A stretch of 64,000 bases of DNA from Gemmatimonadaceae bacterium (GTDB taxonomy: Bacteria; Gemmatimonadota; Gemmatimonadetes; Gemmatimonadales; Gemmatimonadaceae). Positions 46,412-56,500 of this stretch are shown piece by piece. The stretch's first letter is position 1; every line of letters begins with the position of its first letter. Both the position numbers and the translations under genes were made by a program. The notes below the pieces were generated by a model. That model ran no database searches and was not told where the DNA came from. It saw only the letters and a program-made list of their open reading frames with translations. The stretch is taken from positions 224,001 through 288,000 of the forward strand of contig JBJMOW010000004.1 of assembly GCA_045803545.1 (NCBI GenBank), written 5' to 3'.

Positions 46412-49400
46412 TTCATGAATTCAACGGGCCGGCCGATCGTCCACGGAATCTTCGCTGCATCCATACTCGCATTGAGTGCCGGCACCCGATGCTGCAGCAC
46501 GTTGTTCAATCGGCCCACCTCCCGCTGCAGATCCTGACTGGCGAGGGCGAGCGTTGCGCGCTGAAGCTCTGTCGGTTGCGAGGTGACGTTTCCGATTTGC
46601 TCGGCAACGGAGTTGACGCGCTCCTGAATCGAGGGATCTTCGACTCGCTTGTCGTCGCTTACGGGTGGCGCGTCAGGATCTCCGCGCAGTTTCGTCAGGA
46701 TGTCTGAAAGCTCCTTGTCCACCGCATCTGCCTGCCTCGACAGACTGTCGGGGCCCGAAGCATTTCTGATCGCCGCCTTGGCGTCGGCGAGCTGTTCTTT
46801 CAACTGCTCGGCCGTGCGCACGGCTGCCTGCACTGTCGCCTGGAGTCGGCCGGTGCTTACGCGCATGTCGTACAACGCGCGATAATCAGCATCCGTCAGC
46901 TGGACGAGCGGATCCGAACGCACATCGACTGGCACTTCGCGGGTTGTACCGCCTGATCCTTTGACACTGAGACGCGCCGTATAGCGACCCGGCAGCACGA
47001 AAGGACCCTGAGGGTCGCGCTGCCTGAAGCTTGGCTCGCCAACCTGGTTCGCTGGACGGCGCACGGTGTACGGAGGTGCGCTGCGCAAATCCCAGGTTAC
47101 GCGATGCATGCCCTGCTTCTTGTTGGCAGTGAGCTCTCGCACCCTGTTCCCGGTTGCGTCGTAAATCCCGAGTGTGACGTCGCCGCCACGCGTTACAGAA
47201 TCTCGCAGGTAGTAGCTGATGATCGCTCCGAACGCAGGATTGGGTGCTGAGTACTCACGATCGCCGAGTGCACCCGCACCGCGTACACCACCAGGGACCG
47301 AGCTGTTTGGGTTGTATTCTGTCGCGGCTCTGACAGGAAAGAGGTACGTCCCCGTCCGGTTTGCCTCTGCCAATTGCTCGAGCGGCGTGATGTCGTCGAT
47401 GATGTAGATGCCGCGGCCGTGGGTTCCAATGACGAGATCGTGCTCTCGCGGATGCACAAGGATGTCGTGAACGGCGACCGTGGGAAGGTTGTATTTAAGC
47501 TGCGTCCAGGTGTTACCGCCCATCGCGGAATAGAAGGCGCCGAATTCGGTGCCGACGAAAAGGAGATTCTGATCGGCAAGATCTTCGCGAACGACCTGCA
47601 CCGATCCGTTTGCCGGAAGATTGCCGGTAATCGCCTTCCAATGCGAGCCGTAGTCGTCGCTCTGTAAGACGTACGGCTTGAAGTCGTTATTGCGGTGATT
47701 GTCCATCGTTGCATACACGGTCCCTTCGTTGAAACGGGATGCAACGACGCGACTGACATAAGCGCCGTCGGGAACGCCGGGGAATCGCGTGTACTTCGTC
47801 CATGTTGTGCCAGCGTCGCGGGAGACTGCGACGACACCATCATCGGTGCCCACATAGAGCAGCCCCTGCCGCTCAGGTGATTCGTCGATCGTGCTGATGT
47901 TGCCGTAATCGGCGGTACCGTTGTGACGCGCGATCGCATCGCGCGGCCACAGCTTCCCCATCACCGGCAGGCTGTCGCGATTCAGCTGTCGCGTGAGATC
48001 CGAGCCGAGGCGTGCCCACGAGTCACCGCGATTGTTGCTCCTGAAGAGATAGTTGGCGCCGAAGTAGATCGTGTTGTGATCGTACGGCGAGATGAGCATC
48101 GGTGCGCTCCAGTTCCATCGATACGGACGCGCAGCGAATTCCGGTACTGGTTTTATGGTCTTCTGCTCGCCTGTCCTCACATCGTAGCGGACGATATCCC
48201 CCTCCTGCGATTCGCCATAAACGGTGTTCGGATCCTGTGGATCTATCTGCGCATAGAAGCCGTCGCCACCAGTCGTTCTCACCCAATCGGCGTTGGTGAT
48301 GCCCTGGCGATTTCTCGTCTGACTCGGTCCGCCCCAACTGCTGTTGTCCTGCAGGCCGCCATAGACGTAGTAGTACGGCTGCCGCATGTCCGTCGCGATC
48401 GCGTAGTATTGCGCGATCGGAAGATTGGGAACGAAGTCGACAGTGCGGCCGCGATCACGGCTGATGTAAACGCCGCCGTCGCAACCGATGATGAGATGGT
48501 TGGGATCGAGCGGATCGATCCACATCGCGTGGTGATCCGAGTGTGCACCGCCGGCGGTCACGCGAAACGTTCGGCCACCATCGGTCGACACCTGCAGCGG
48601 AACTCCCATGAAGTAGACGCGATCCGGATCGGTTGGGTCGACGCGGATCTGGCCCATGTACCAGGGATACGAGAAGCCGTTGCCCATTCTCTGCCAACTG
48701 CCGCCGCGATCGTCGGAGCGATAGACGCTTCCCTCAGTCGTGCCAACGGCGGCGCCGTTGCCGGTGACCTTGGTCTCGATCACCGCGTAGACAATGTTCG
48801 GGTTCGAGCGACTGACATCGAGTCCGATGCGTCCAACGTCTCCGGTCGGCAGTCCCTCGGTGAGCTTCGTCCATGTGTCTCCGCCATCGATGCTCTTCCA
48901 GATGCCGCTGCCCGGCCCGCCGCCGACATAGCTCCACGGCCTACGCTCACGCTGCAGCGACGCGGCGTAGATCACATCGGGGTTCGACGGATCGAAGATG
49001 ACGTCGGTGAATCCGGAGTGGGCGTCGATGTTCTTGACGTTTTTCCAGGTGCGCCCGCCGTCGGTCGTTCTGAACAATCCGCGATCACCGCCTGGTCCCC
49101 ACAGTGGGCCCGTCGCGGCAACGAACACGATTTGCGGATTGGTCGGGTGTACGATGACGCGTCCAATGTGCTCCGATTTGCGCAGGCCCATGTTCGTCCA
49201 CGTCCTGCCGCCGTTTTCGGATTTGTAAACTCCATCACCCCACGAGGAGCTGCGCTGATTGTTGTTCTCACCGGTACCGACCCAAAGGATATCGGGATTG
49301 CTGGGTGCCACGGCGATATCACCGATGGAGGCAGCGCCTTGTTTATCGAAGATCGGTTCCCACGTAGTACCACCGTTTATGGTTTTCCAGACGCCGCCCG

Positions 49401-49662
49401 ACGCTGATGCCACGTAGAAAAGCTCGCCGAGCCTCTCCCCGATCTGCGGCTTCGGCCCCTCAGGCACCGCGAAATCGACTACACGTCCGCTCGTGACCGC
49501 TGGTCCAATGGAGCGCCCCGGCAGCTCGGCGAGTCGCGCCGAATCCGCATTAAACGCTAGGGGAGTTGTTTTGGAGTTGGCCGTCGCCTGGGAGGAAAGT
49601 GTCGCGGCTGTCGACGCGAGGAATGCGATCGCGAGGGTTGGTCGCGTGCTTCTTTTTGACAT
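46408..49662 (-). CDS. VPS10/sortilin-like BNR-repeat glycosyl hydrolase-like protein
   Basis: SIGPA..SGR, many SxDGGxTW repeats, GGLQDN, HGRGIYI. Confidence 0.85.
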   Translation of the reverse strand: MSKRSTRPTLAIAFLASTAATLSSQATANSKTTPLAFNADSARLAELPGRSIGPAVTSGRVVDFAVPEGPKPQIGERLGELFYVASASGGVWKTINGGTTWEPIFDKQGAASIGDIAVAPSNPDILWVGTGENNNQRSSSWGDGVYKSENGGRTWTNMGLRKSEHIGRVIVHPTNPQIVFVAATGPLWGPGGDRGLFRTTDGGRTWKNVKNIDAHSGFTDVIFDPSNPDVIYAASLQRERRPWSYVGGGPGSGIWKSIDGGDTWTKLTEGLPTGDVGRIGLDVSRSNPNIVYAVIETKVTGNGAAVGTTEGSVYRSDDRGGSWQRMGNGFSYPWYMGQIRVDPTDPDRVYFMGVPLQVSTDGGRTFRVTAGGAHSDHHAMWIDPLDPNHLIIGCDGGVYISRDRGRTVDFVPNLPIAQYYAIATDMRQPYYYVYGGLQDNSSWGGPSQTRNRQGITNADWVRTTGGDGFYAQIDPQDPNTVYGESQEGDIVRYDVRTGEQKTIKPVPEFAARPYRWNWSAPMLISPYDHNTIYFGANYLFRSNNRGDSWARLGSDLTRQLNRDSLPVMGKLWPRDAIARHNGTADYGNISTIDESPERQGLLYVGTDDGVVAVSRDAGTTWTKYTRFPGVPDGAYVSRVVASRFNEGTVYATMDNHRNNDFKPYVLQSDDYGSHWKAITGNLPANGSVQVVREDLADQNLLFVGTEFGAFYSAMGGNTWTQLKYNLPTVAVHDILVHPREHDLVIGTHGRGIYIIDDITPLEQLAEANRTGTYLFPVRAATEYNPNSSVPGGVRGAGALGDREYSAPNPAFGAIISYYLRDSVTRGGDVTLGIYDATGNRVRELTANKKQGMHRVTWDLRSAPPYTVRRPANQVGEPSFRQRDPQGPFVLPGRYTARLSVKGSGGTTREVPVDVRSDPLVQLTDADYRALYDMRVSTGRLQATVQAAVRTAEQLKEQLADAKAAIRNASGPDSLSRQADAVDKELSDILTKLRGDPDAPPVSDDKRVEDPSIQERVNSVAEQIGNVTSQPTELQRATLALASQDLQREVGRLNNVLQHRVPALNASMDAAKIPWTIGRPVEFMK

Positions 49663-49724
49663 GATGAATCGGGAGGGAGACTGGATCGCATAATTTCATT
49701 CACGACTCAATGGATTGCAAAGCG

Positions 49725-50690
49725 CTACGGACCCGACGGGGATGATGTCGTTGCTACGTCGACGTCGATGTTGATTGTCGCGCCGTTCCAGGTCTGCGAC
49801 ACTTCGTAGATCCCCTGCCAAACGCTCGCCCAGGGGAACCCTACATCATGTGGCGACGCATCGAGCGAGAAGCCGGTTGAACTCGTGATCCAGTAAGCTG
49901 CCGAGCCGCTTGCGTTCATATCGGCATACGCGCGCTCGATGCCGCTGTGAATCGATTCAGCATTGTCCTTGTGCACGTAGACGCCCGGAAGGAAGCGGCG
50001 GTCGGCGAGCACTTGCTGCACCCACGCCCGATAGTAGGCATCCATTGATGCCGGGATTACAGCCATATGCTCGATGTCGAGAAAGATCACCGTTCCACTG
50101 GGGAATCCTTCCGAAGCCGTTTTGCTTATGGCATCGATTGCGTCAGCGGTTCCCTGCTCTGTAGTCAGCAAGGTTCGCGAGCAAGTTACTGTTGCTGATT
50201 GAATCTCTGCGGCTGTGGGCGGCACCATGATGCCGGCGCGTGCGTCGGGCAGAGTAATCGGGTTGAGAGGAAGCCGACGGTCGAACAAGGGCGGGACCAT
50301 TACATCGGGCACGCCGTCAAAGGTCTGCTGACCGACGTAAAGAACGGCCAACCCCCATCCCATTGTTGTCAGCGTCGATCGTGTTCCCATCCACGATGGA
50401 TCACGATGACATGGTGCCTGCAGGTAGTAACCAACCCACTCGTATGGCGAGCCCGGTCGCACCCATGCCTGCATCGCAGCATCACCGGGGTAAATGCTGG
50501 TGTCGAACCCCGGATGCGATCCGCCTCCAGTCGGAGGCGGACCAGTAATCCCACGATCGGTGCACGCGCTGCCCAACATGACAAGGAGTGCGACAGTGAT
50601 GTTCGCTCCTTGTCCGCAGCGTTCCCCCTTTCTACCGTGAATCATGCGCCGGCTCATTCTCTTTATCGGATTGGCAACTCTCTCCAGCAC
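49725..50690 (-). CDS. DUF1906 (Rv2525c-like) glycoside hydrolase lipoprotein; start uncertain
   Basis: GSAC lipobox, GFDTSIYP, VGYYL, IFLDIE, PGVY, WQ..NIDVD. Confidence 0.7.
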   Translation of the reverse strand: MLERVANPIKRMSRRMIHGRKGERCGQGANITVALLVMLGSACTDRGITGPPPTGGGSHPGFDTSIYPGDAAMQAWVRPGSPYEWVGYYLQAPCHRDPSWMGTRSTLTTMGWGLAVLYVGQQTFDGVPDVMVPPLFDRRLPLNPITLPDARAGIMVPPTAAEIQSATVTCSRTLLTTEQGTADAIDAISKTASEGFPSGTVIFLDIEHMAVIPASMDAYYRAWVQQVLADRRFLPGVYVHKDNAESIHSGIERAYADMNASGSAAYWITSSTGFSLDASPHDVGFPWASVWQGIYEVSQTWNGATINIDVDVATTSSPSGP

Positions 50691-51324
50691 CGCTGGCGCT
50701 CAAAAGGATTCAACGTCGCGACAAGGCTCGGATCGCCATCACGCTCGCGCATGGATTGTACCGATTGCAATCGTCGCATCGACAGCGATCGATCCCGAGT
50801 TGCGAGAGTGGGCATTACATACTCACGCCCGCTCGCTCGATCATCTCGCGCATCTGATCAATCCGCTGGGGACCGCCCATGTGCTCGTTCCAGCGATGGC
50901 CACGTTTTACGCCGCATCATTACTGACAGGCTCAACATCGATGCAGCACGGCGCGCTGGAGACCGCCGCGGCGTACATCGTGTCCGATGTGGCAGAGTCG
51001 ATTCTCAAACCAGTTGTCGGTCGAGAGCGTCCATACGCAGACGGAAACTCGCATCGCTTCCGTCCATTCACCAACAACGGCGACTGGCACTCTTTCCCTT
51101 CAGCGCACGTCACACACATCACTTCGATCGCCGAAGCAATCTCAATGCAGGCGGATTCGCGACCGGTGTCTGCGGTGTGCGATGTCGTCGTCGCCCTCGT
51201 CAGCTGGGACCGGATCTACGAGGATGAGCACTGGACAAGCGATGTAACGGCGACCGCCGCACTGAGCGCACTGATCAGCAACGCCACAGTGCGCTGGATC
51301 AAGTCACGCCGGAGCGATCACTGA
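50644..51324 (+). CDS. PAP2 family phosphatase
   Basis: KPVVGRERP, SFPSAH, RIYEDEHWTSDV. Confidence 0.85.
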   Translation: MRRLILFIGLATLSSTAGAQKDSTSRQGSDRHHARAWIVPIAIVASTAIDPELREWALHTHARSLDHLAHLINPLGTAHVLVPAMATFYAASLLTGSTSMQHGALETAAAYIVSDVAESILKPVVGRERPYADGNSHRFRPFTNNGDWHSFPSAHVTHITSIAEAISMQADSRPVSAVCDVVVALVSWDRIYEDEHWTSDVTATAALSALISNATVRWIKSRRSDH

Positions 51325-51331
51325 CGCTCGC

Positions 51332-52285
51332 TCATTGCGGCGAAGGAAGTGTTACGAGAACCGCAGTGCAGATCAGGACGATCGCGCCGAATGTCAGCTC
51401 CATCGTCGAAGAGCGCCTGATCGTTTCTTCGGTGCCGAGGTCGCCAAGGGTCGGACGAACTCGCCGCCAGTTCCATGCGCCGAGTACGACTACTATCAGC
51501 ACGAAGATCAGCTTGACGATCAGTGTCACTCCGTAACCGGTCGTCCACAGCGACGAGATCCGCTTGAGATGCATCCACGCTGTCGTGAGCCCAGTCAAGG
51601 CTACAAAGGCCGCCGCCGTCAGCGCCAATGGCGAGAACGAATTCACGAGGTCGGCAACCAGCGTCGCGCGTGGTGTGCCCGGGGACTCACGTTTCATCAC
51701 ACCGCGAATTCCCACGAGCGACAATACGAGCAGCGTGCCAAGCCAGGTCGAAGCAGCAAGCACGTGAACAGCGTTCACCTTGCCCGCGCCACGTCCGGTG
51801 TAGAGCGGAAATAGCGCTGCGATCACAACGCCCAGAACAGCGAGCGTCCAGCCAAGCGACGATGATGCGCGAACGATGAGAAAACCGACCAGCGCGATCG
51901 CCAGGAAGGCCATTCGCGATTCGAACTGCCCGCGATTCTTTGGCAGGACTGCCGAGAACGCCTGATGACTGGACATCGACTCGAGAAGCGGTGCGCCAAG
52001 ATACGACACAAAGAGCAGGACGATTCCGAGCAAGCCGAGCATGGCAGCATTGTCGGGAGCGAGAATTCGACGCGCGTCCTCCGAGATTCCGCGCACCCGC
52101 CGCACGACACCGAACCGGAATCCAACCGCGCCAACCGACAGAAACCATCCCACGAACTGAATCAGCTCGAATAACGCGTCTTTGAACGAGAAGCCGTGCT
52201 CACCGCCGGGCGGTGGTCCACCGGGTCCCGCCGCTCCGGCTTGCGCACTCTGCGCGACTTCCTGCAGCAGATGTAAAACGCTCAT
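51332..52285 (-). CDS. CopD family membrane protein
   Basis: HVLAASTWLG, FSPLA, TGYG..LIVKL; similar to the CopD half of 33936-35294. Confidence 0.75.
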   Translation of the reverse strand: MSVLHLLQEVAQSAQAGAAGPGGPPPGGEHGFSFKDALFELIQFVGWFLSVGAVGFRFGVVRRVRGISEDARRILAPDNAAMLGLLGIVLLFVSYLGAPLLESMSSHQAFSAVLPKNRGQFESRMAFLAIALVGFLIVRASSSLGWTLAVLGVVIAALFPLYTGRGAGKVNAVHVLAASTWLGTLLVLSLVGIRGVMKRESPGTPRATLVADLVNSFSPLALTAAAFVALTGLTTAWMHLKRISSLWTTGYGVTLIVKLIFVLIVVVLGAWNWRRVRPTLGDLGTEETIRRSSTMELTFGAIVLICTAVLVTLPSPQ

Positions 52286-52953
52286 CGATCTCGACTCTCC
52301 TTTCCGACCAAAGACGTGTCGTAGTGGGCGAGCAAGTCGGCAGGGTCGTTGTAGATCTCCGCCGCTCCTTTCAGATCTTGCCTTGTCCAGCCGCCTGACA
52401 GAAATCCGATCGTACGCACCCCAGCTTTTGATGCTGCTTCGACGTCGTAGGGAGTGTCGCCGATCATGACGAGGTTGTTCTTGGAAATTCCGCTCTCGTC
52501 AATCGCTGCCTGCACGATGTCCGGGTCGGGCTTTGACCTTTTGGCATCGCTTGCAGTCGCCTTTTCTTCCATCAGACCGTCGACGTGCGCAGCCTTGAGC
52601 AAGCCTTTCAGCTCGTCGTCCTTTGCCGAGGTCGCAACAATCGCCTTGAGTCCGTCGCGTTTCACACGCAGAACGAGCTCGCGCGCGCCGGGGAGTGGCC
52701 GCAGGTGCGGCAAGTAAATGTCGCGAAAAATTTTGCCGCGAAGCTCGCCGAGCTTTTTGCCCTCGTCACTGTCCGGGCTAACACCGATCGTTTTCGGGAG
52801 GAGCTTGTCTCCGCCCATTCCGATCAGCGGTCGAACCTTCTCGAAAGGCACGTCGTAGCCAGCTTCTCTGAAAGTATCCACCCACGATTGAGCGTGCGCG
52901 TCGTTGCTGTCTACGAGCGTGCCGTCGACGTCGAAGATTACACCTTTGAGCAA
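52282..52953 (-). CDS. HAD family hydrolase
   Basis: FDVDGTLVDS, ATS, SKPDPD, IGDTPYD. Confidence 0.92.
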   Translation of the reverse strand: MLKGVIFDVDGTLVDSNDAHAQSWVDTFREAGYDVPFEKVRPLIGMGGDKLLPKTIGVSPDSDEGKKLGELRGKIFRDIYLPHLRPLPGARELVLRVKRDGLKAIVATSAKDDELKGLLKAAHVDGLMEEKATASDAKRSKPDPDIVQAAIDESGISKNNLVMIGDTPYDVEAASKAGVRTIGFLSGGWTRQDLKGAAEIYNDPADLLAHYDTSLVGKESRDR

Positions 52954-52957
52954 CTGC

Positions 52958-53575
52958 CTACTTCAGGGTCTTCTGAATCGATTCCGCTTTGTCGAGATGA
53001 CCCTTTATGACTGGCGCAGCCTTCTGAATCAGGTTCTTGAGCTCGGCGGTCTGCGTTTGCGCGGCTGCCTTGGTGGCGAGATCGAGCACTGCCTTGTGCG
53101 CACTGACTTCAGCGTCAATGTAGGCCTTGTCGAAATCCTTCCCCTTGGCGGTGCTGTTCAGCGTGTTGGTCTCGCTCGAAGCCATTGGCTGGACAGGATC
53201 GTCGGACGGAGCTGCCGGCGTCACGTTCAGTTTCTTGGCGAGTGCAGCGCCTTGTGTGCGGAGCTGATGGTGGTCGCGCTCCATGCGTCTCGCGAAATCG
53301 CGGACCGCAGCAGCAGTGCCTTTCGTTGCAGCAATCGATCCCGCCGCGCTGTCGGCCGCGTTGGCCTCATCCAGCAGTGCGACGATATTGGCGTCTGACC
53401 AGTTGCCTGTCGAAGAGGTGCTGCTTGCCGCACCGGCCATTGCAGATGTGTCGGTGCTCATGGTGCTGGACGCCGCGGTGGTATCAACCGCGTTGTTGTC
53501 CTTCTTGCCGCATGCTGCAAGCGCCAGCACCGCAAGTCCAAGGCAGGTCACCCTTGTCATTGCGCTATTAGTCAT
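52958..53575 (-). CDS. DUF4142 lipoprotein
   Basis: LAAC lipobox, VRDFARRMERDH, FDKAYI..V.AH, HLDKA. Confidence 0.85.
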   Translation of the reverse strand: MTNSAMTRVTCLGLAVLALAACGKKDNNAVDTTAASSTMSTDTSAMAGAASSTSSTGNWSDANIVALLDEANAADSAAGSIAATKGTAAAVRDFARRMERDHHQLRTQGAALAKKLNVTPAAPSDDPVQPMASSETNTLNSTAKGKDFDKAYIDAEVSAHKAVLDLATKAAAQTQTAELKNLIQKAAPVIKGHLDKAESIQKTLK

Positions 53576-53680
53576 GCTGTTCTTTCCTCCGATAGGGTCG
53601 AGAAATTCGCGCCTACATTGCGGCGCTTTTCATTTGCGGTGGCGTCTTCGGCAAGAAGCGTACGCAGGGGCGTGTTTTCG

Positions 53681-54445
53681 CTAGTGCTCTCGTTGGATGC
53701 CGGAAGTGTACGGCGTCATTTGATTGAACACGCTTCCTTCGCGGAAGCGTGAAAACGCCGCTTTAACATCGAGCGCAATCGTCTTGAACCTGTCGGCGAC
53801 CCCGGGCGTGACACGGACGGTGCTGAAAAGGATCACGGCAAAGAGATCTCCTGTTGGCAGCATGCCCCCAAATCCGAGCACGGATCGGATTCCGAAGCGT
53901 TTCACAAAATCTTCCTGAGCCGGGATGTAGGGACTGCCCTCGGCGTTTTCGACGTGAAAGACCCCGTGCTTTTTGCCGGCAAGCTCACGAATGATCTCGG
54001 GCGAAGGCTCCAGCACACTGGTTAGATCCATTCCCAATTCCTTGATGAGCTGCGAGATCATTGGTGCCTTCTCCACCATCTCCGGGCTCGCGAGCGGAAT
54101 CGTCTGGTGGCCGCGGGAGAGCTGGCGCGCATTCCAGTTCGCTGACTGCCCGACTGTCGCCATGAGGGTCAGACATTTCATCGCTGCGTGGGGCATTGTG
54201 CCGGATAGGACCGTACGCGCGAATTCCTGGAGCTCCGGATTCAACGCGCCGTACGGGTGCGTCTTATAACAACGCACCAGCGCACACTGGTGCTCGCCAC
54301 CCGCACCGCGAAGCTCATCATAGAGGAAACGGCAAATCCGTTGCGCCGACTGTTCGAGAGTAGCCGCCGACGATGCACCCTCGCGCAAAGCGAGGCTGCA
54401 CTTTAGCATATCGCCCAACCCGAAGGTGATCAGATCGTACGGCAC
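53681..54445 (-). CDS. Hypothetical protein, possibly GAF-like
   Basis: 254-aa globular ORF; SPYIPAQEDFV..GIRSVLGFGG.LPTGDLFAVILFS. Confidence 0.65.
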   Translation of the reverse strand: MPYDLITFGLGDMLKCSLALREGASSAATLEQSAQRICRFLYDELRGAGGEHQCALVRCYKTHPYGALNPELQEFARTVLSGTMPHAAMKCLTLMATVGQSANWNARQLSRGHQTIPLASPEMVEKAPMISQLIKELGMDLTSVLEPSPEIIRELAGKKHGVFHVENAEGSPYIPAQEDFVKRFGIRSVLGFGGMLPTGDLFAVILFSTVRVTPGVADRFKTIALDVKAAFSRFREGSVFNQMTPYTSGIQREH

Positions 54446-54546
54446 CGGGCCTCGCTTCCGTGTAAGGTTGGCGTCATCAACTCCTTAATACGGCGCATTT
54501 TCAGGAATGTTGTTGCGACTCACTCCCTCAACGTTTGTCAAATTTC

Positions 54547-55512
54547 ATGCGCGTCCGTAACATGCCATTAATCCGCGTTCTGGCCAGCTTTGGCGCAATT
54601 GCGTTGGCCGGAGTTGTGGCCTGCGCCGCAACCCGCGTTGGATCCGCTGGCGCCCCCCGACTCGAGCCTGTCCACGCCGACACCGCCGCGCTGAGGCGCA
54701 AGCTCGATTCGATCGCGGACGCGCATCACGGAATCGTCGGCTACACCGTCATCGACCTGGAAAGCGGCGCGCGAATCAGCCGCCGCGGCGACGAGACTTT
54801 TCCAACCGCCAGTCTGATCAAAGTCGCAATTCTTGTTACAGTCTACGATCTCGTCGCCAAAGGTCAGCTCTCACTCGACGATCCAATAACTCTGCTCAAG
54901 ATCGACCAGGTTCCCGGATCGGGTGTTCTGCAATTCCTGCATAACGGGACCGTGCTCACTGTTCGCGACGCTGCATGGCTGATGTCGATCATCAGTGACA
55001 ACACCGCAACCAATCTTCTCCTCGATCGCATCATCATTCGCCGGGTGTGGGCGAAGATGGATACACTTGGGCTCACTCACACCAGGGTTCACTCCAAGAG
55101 CTTTCTGCGCATTTCCAGCGTCGCCATGGATAGCTCCGCGAAGTACGGTCTTGGCGTGACGACGCCCAACGAGATGGCGCACCTGTTCGAGCTGATGGCG
55201 CAGGGAAAGGCAGTCAACCCGTCAGCAGACTCAGCGATGCTGGACATCCTCGAGCACAACGGCCAGGACATGATGCTGCAGAGATACGCCGGTGGTGCGC
55301 GCGCAGCTCACAAGGACGGCGAGACCGATCAGGTACGCAGTGAGTGCACGTTGTGGTATTTGCGAAATCGTGTTATCGCGTGCGTGATGACGAAGGAGAA
55401 CCAGGATCAGCGCTGGATCGTCGACAACGAGCCGCAGCTGACGATGGCCAACATGGGACTCGCGATCATCACCGCGTTTGGCGGAGTGCCGCCAGCTCCG
55501 CCGTCCCAGTAG
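54547..55512 (+). CDS. Serine hydrolase, class A beta-lactamase-like fold; start uncertain
   Basis: ASLIK (SxxK), SDN, HKDG in place of KTG; N-terminal signal. Confidence 0.8.
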   Translation: MRVRNMPLIRVLASFGAIALAGVVACAATRVGSAGAPRLEPVHADTAALRRKLDSIADAHHGIVGYTVIDLESGARISRRGDETFPTASLIKVAILVTVYDLVAKGQLSLDDPITLLKIDQVPGSGVLQFLHNGTVLTVRDAAWLMSIISDNTATNLLLDRIIIRRVWAKMDTLGLTHTRVHSKSFLRISSVAMDSSAKYGLGVTTPNEMAHLFELMAQGKAVNPSADSAMLDILEHNGQDMMLQRYAGGARAAHKDGETDQVRSECTLWYLRNRVIACVMTKENQDQRWIVDNEPQLTMANMGLAIITAFGGVPPAPPSQ

Positions 55513-55872
55513 CTAGACGACCCGGTGGCGGCCGCTCGTTCGGGCGGCGAGGGCGCGTACATCTGACGGCGTGAGTAAGGTCTCGTAGTGCTGCGATCGC
55601 TCGTCGTGGTGCGATAGTAGCTCGCCGGCGCCCGGAGCAATTACTGCCCGCTCGTAATCCGCTCCGGCGAATTCTCTCACGGCGTTCATATCGGTGAACT
55701 GGGTGATGGTGATGAACTCGACTTCATTGTTGGCGGCTTCGCGGCGCAGCAGATAGGCGCCATTGTAGCCACGAATGCGATGAATTCCGGGAAGGACTTC
55801 CGCGCGCAGAAGCTTCTCGTACTTATCTGCATTATCGCGCGTCGTCCATCCGTGCCAGATCCTGCTGATCAT
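55513..55872 (-). CDS. Antibiotic biosynthesis monooxygenase (ABM)-like protein
   Basis: MISRIWHGWT, VREFAG.DYERAV, HYE. Confidence 0.75.
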   Translation of the reverse strand: MISRIWHGWTTRDNADKYEKLLRAEVLPGIHRIRGYNGAYLLRREAANNEVEFITITQFTDMNAVREFAGADYERAVIAPGAGELLSHHDERSQHYETLLTPSDVRALAARTSGRHRVV

Positions 55873-55882
55873 TGCAGCTACC

Positions 55883-56413
55883 TCAGTGACCGGTGCGTTC
55901 GACTGTCTTTCCGGTAAAGTTCTCCGTGCTCAGGTCTTTTGATGCGAGTGAGCGTACGTAGGCGGTGAGCATCCAGATCTGATCGTTGGAAATGCGACCG
56001 CCCCACGCGGGCATGCCGTCGGGACGACCCTGATAAATCGATTCGAAGACTTCCGCCGGCGATCCACCAAAGTGCCAGCGCCCATCCTGGAAACTCGGCC
56101 CCATCGCTCCTGATCCGTCGGCGCCGTGACAATCCAGGCAGTTGTACGCGATAAAGAGTTTGCCACCGGTCCCGATTGCATTCTTGTCGCCCTCATAGGG
56201 ATTCTTCACTTCAATCGGCTTCACGCCGAGCGGAAACCCTGCCGGAAGAATCTCCGGATGCTCGACCAGACGCAGACTGTCACCGGCAACGAACAAAGCG
56301 CCTGCGCTTGTCGGAGTTGATGAGGCGGCTGTCGTACTATCCCCCGCCGACCTGGCCTGCGTACGACAAGCGAGCGCCAGGATTGGGAGGGCAAGTACGA
56401 GTACAGATTTCAT
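55883..56413 (-). CDS. c-type cytochrome lipoprotein (XoxG/cytochrome cL-like partner)
   Basis: LALAC lipobox, NPY, CLDCH, GMPAW; ATG 56413. Confidence 0.85.
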   Translation of the reverse strand: MKSVLVLALPILALACRTQARSAGDSTTAASSTPTSAGALFVAGDSLRLVEHPEILPAGFPLGVKPIEVKNPYEGDKNAIGTGGKLFIAYNCLDCHGADGSGAMGPSFQDGRWHFGGSPAEVFESIYQGRPDGMPAWGGRISNDQIWMLTAYVRSLASKDLSTENFTGKTVERTGH

Positions 56414-56500
56414 TAACGTTCGCCCCTCGCAGCCGGTCCGAAATCCCGTCTCAGTTCGCAATTCGGACTGATCCGTTGGCCCGAACCCTTCAATCCGCAA

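Noticed and set aside
47923..49407. 494-aa + strand ORF
   Set aside because: Antisense shadow of the VPS10-like gene, common in high-GC DNA; no motifs.
50199..51227. 342-aa + strand ORF
   Set aside because: Arg/Ser-rich off-frame overlap of the PAP2 and DUF1906 genes.
54547..55512. True beta-lactamase resistance gene
   Set aside because: KTG is replaced by KDG and no clear omega-loop ExxLN is seen; only fold-level similarity is supportable.
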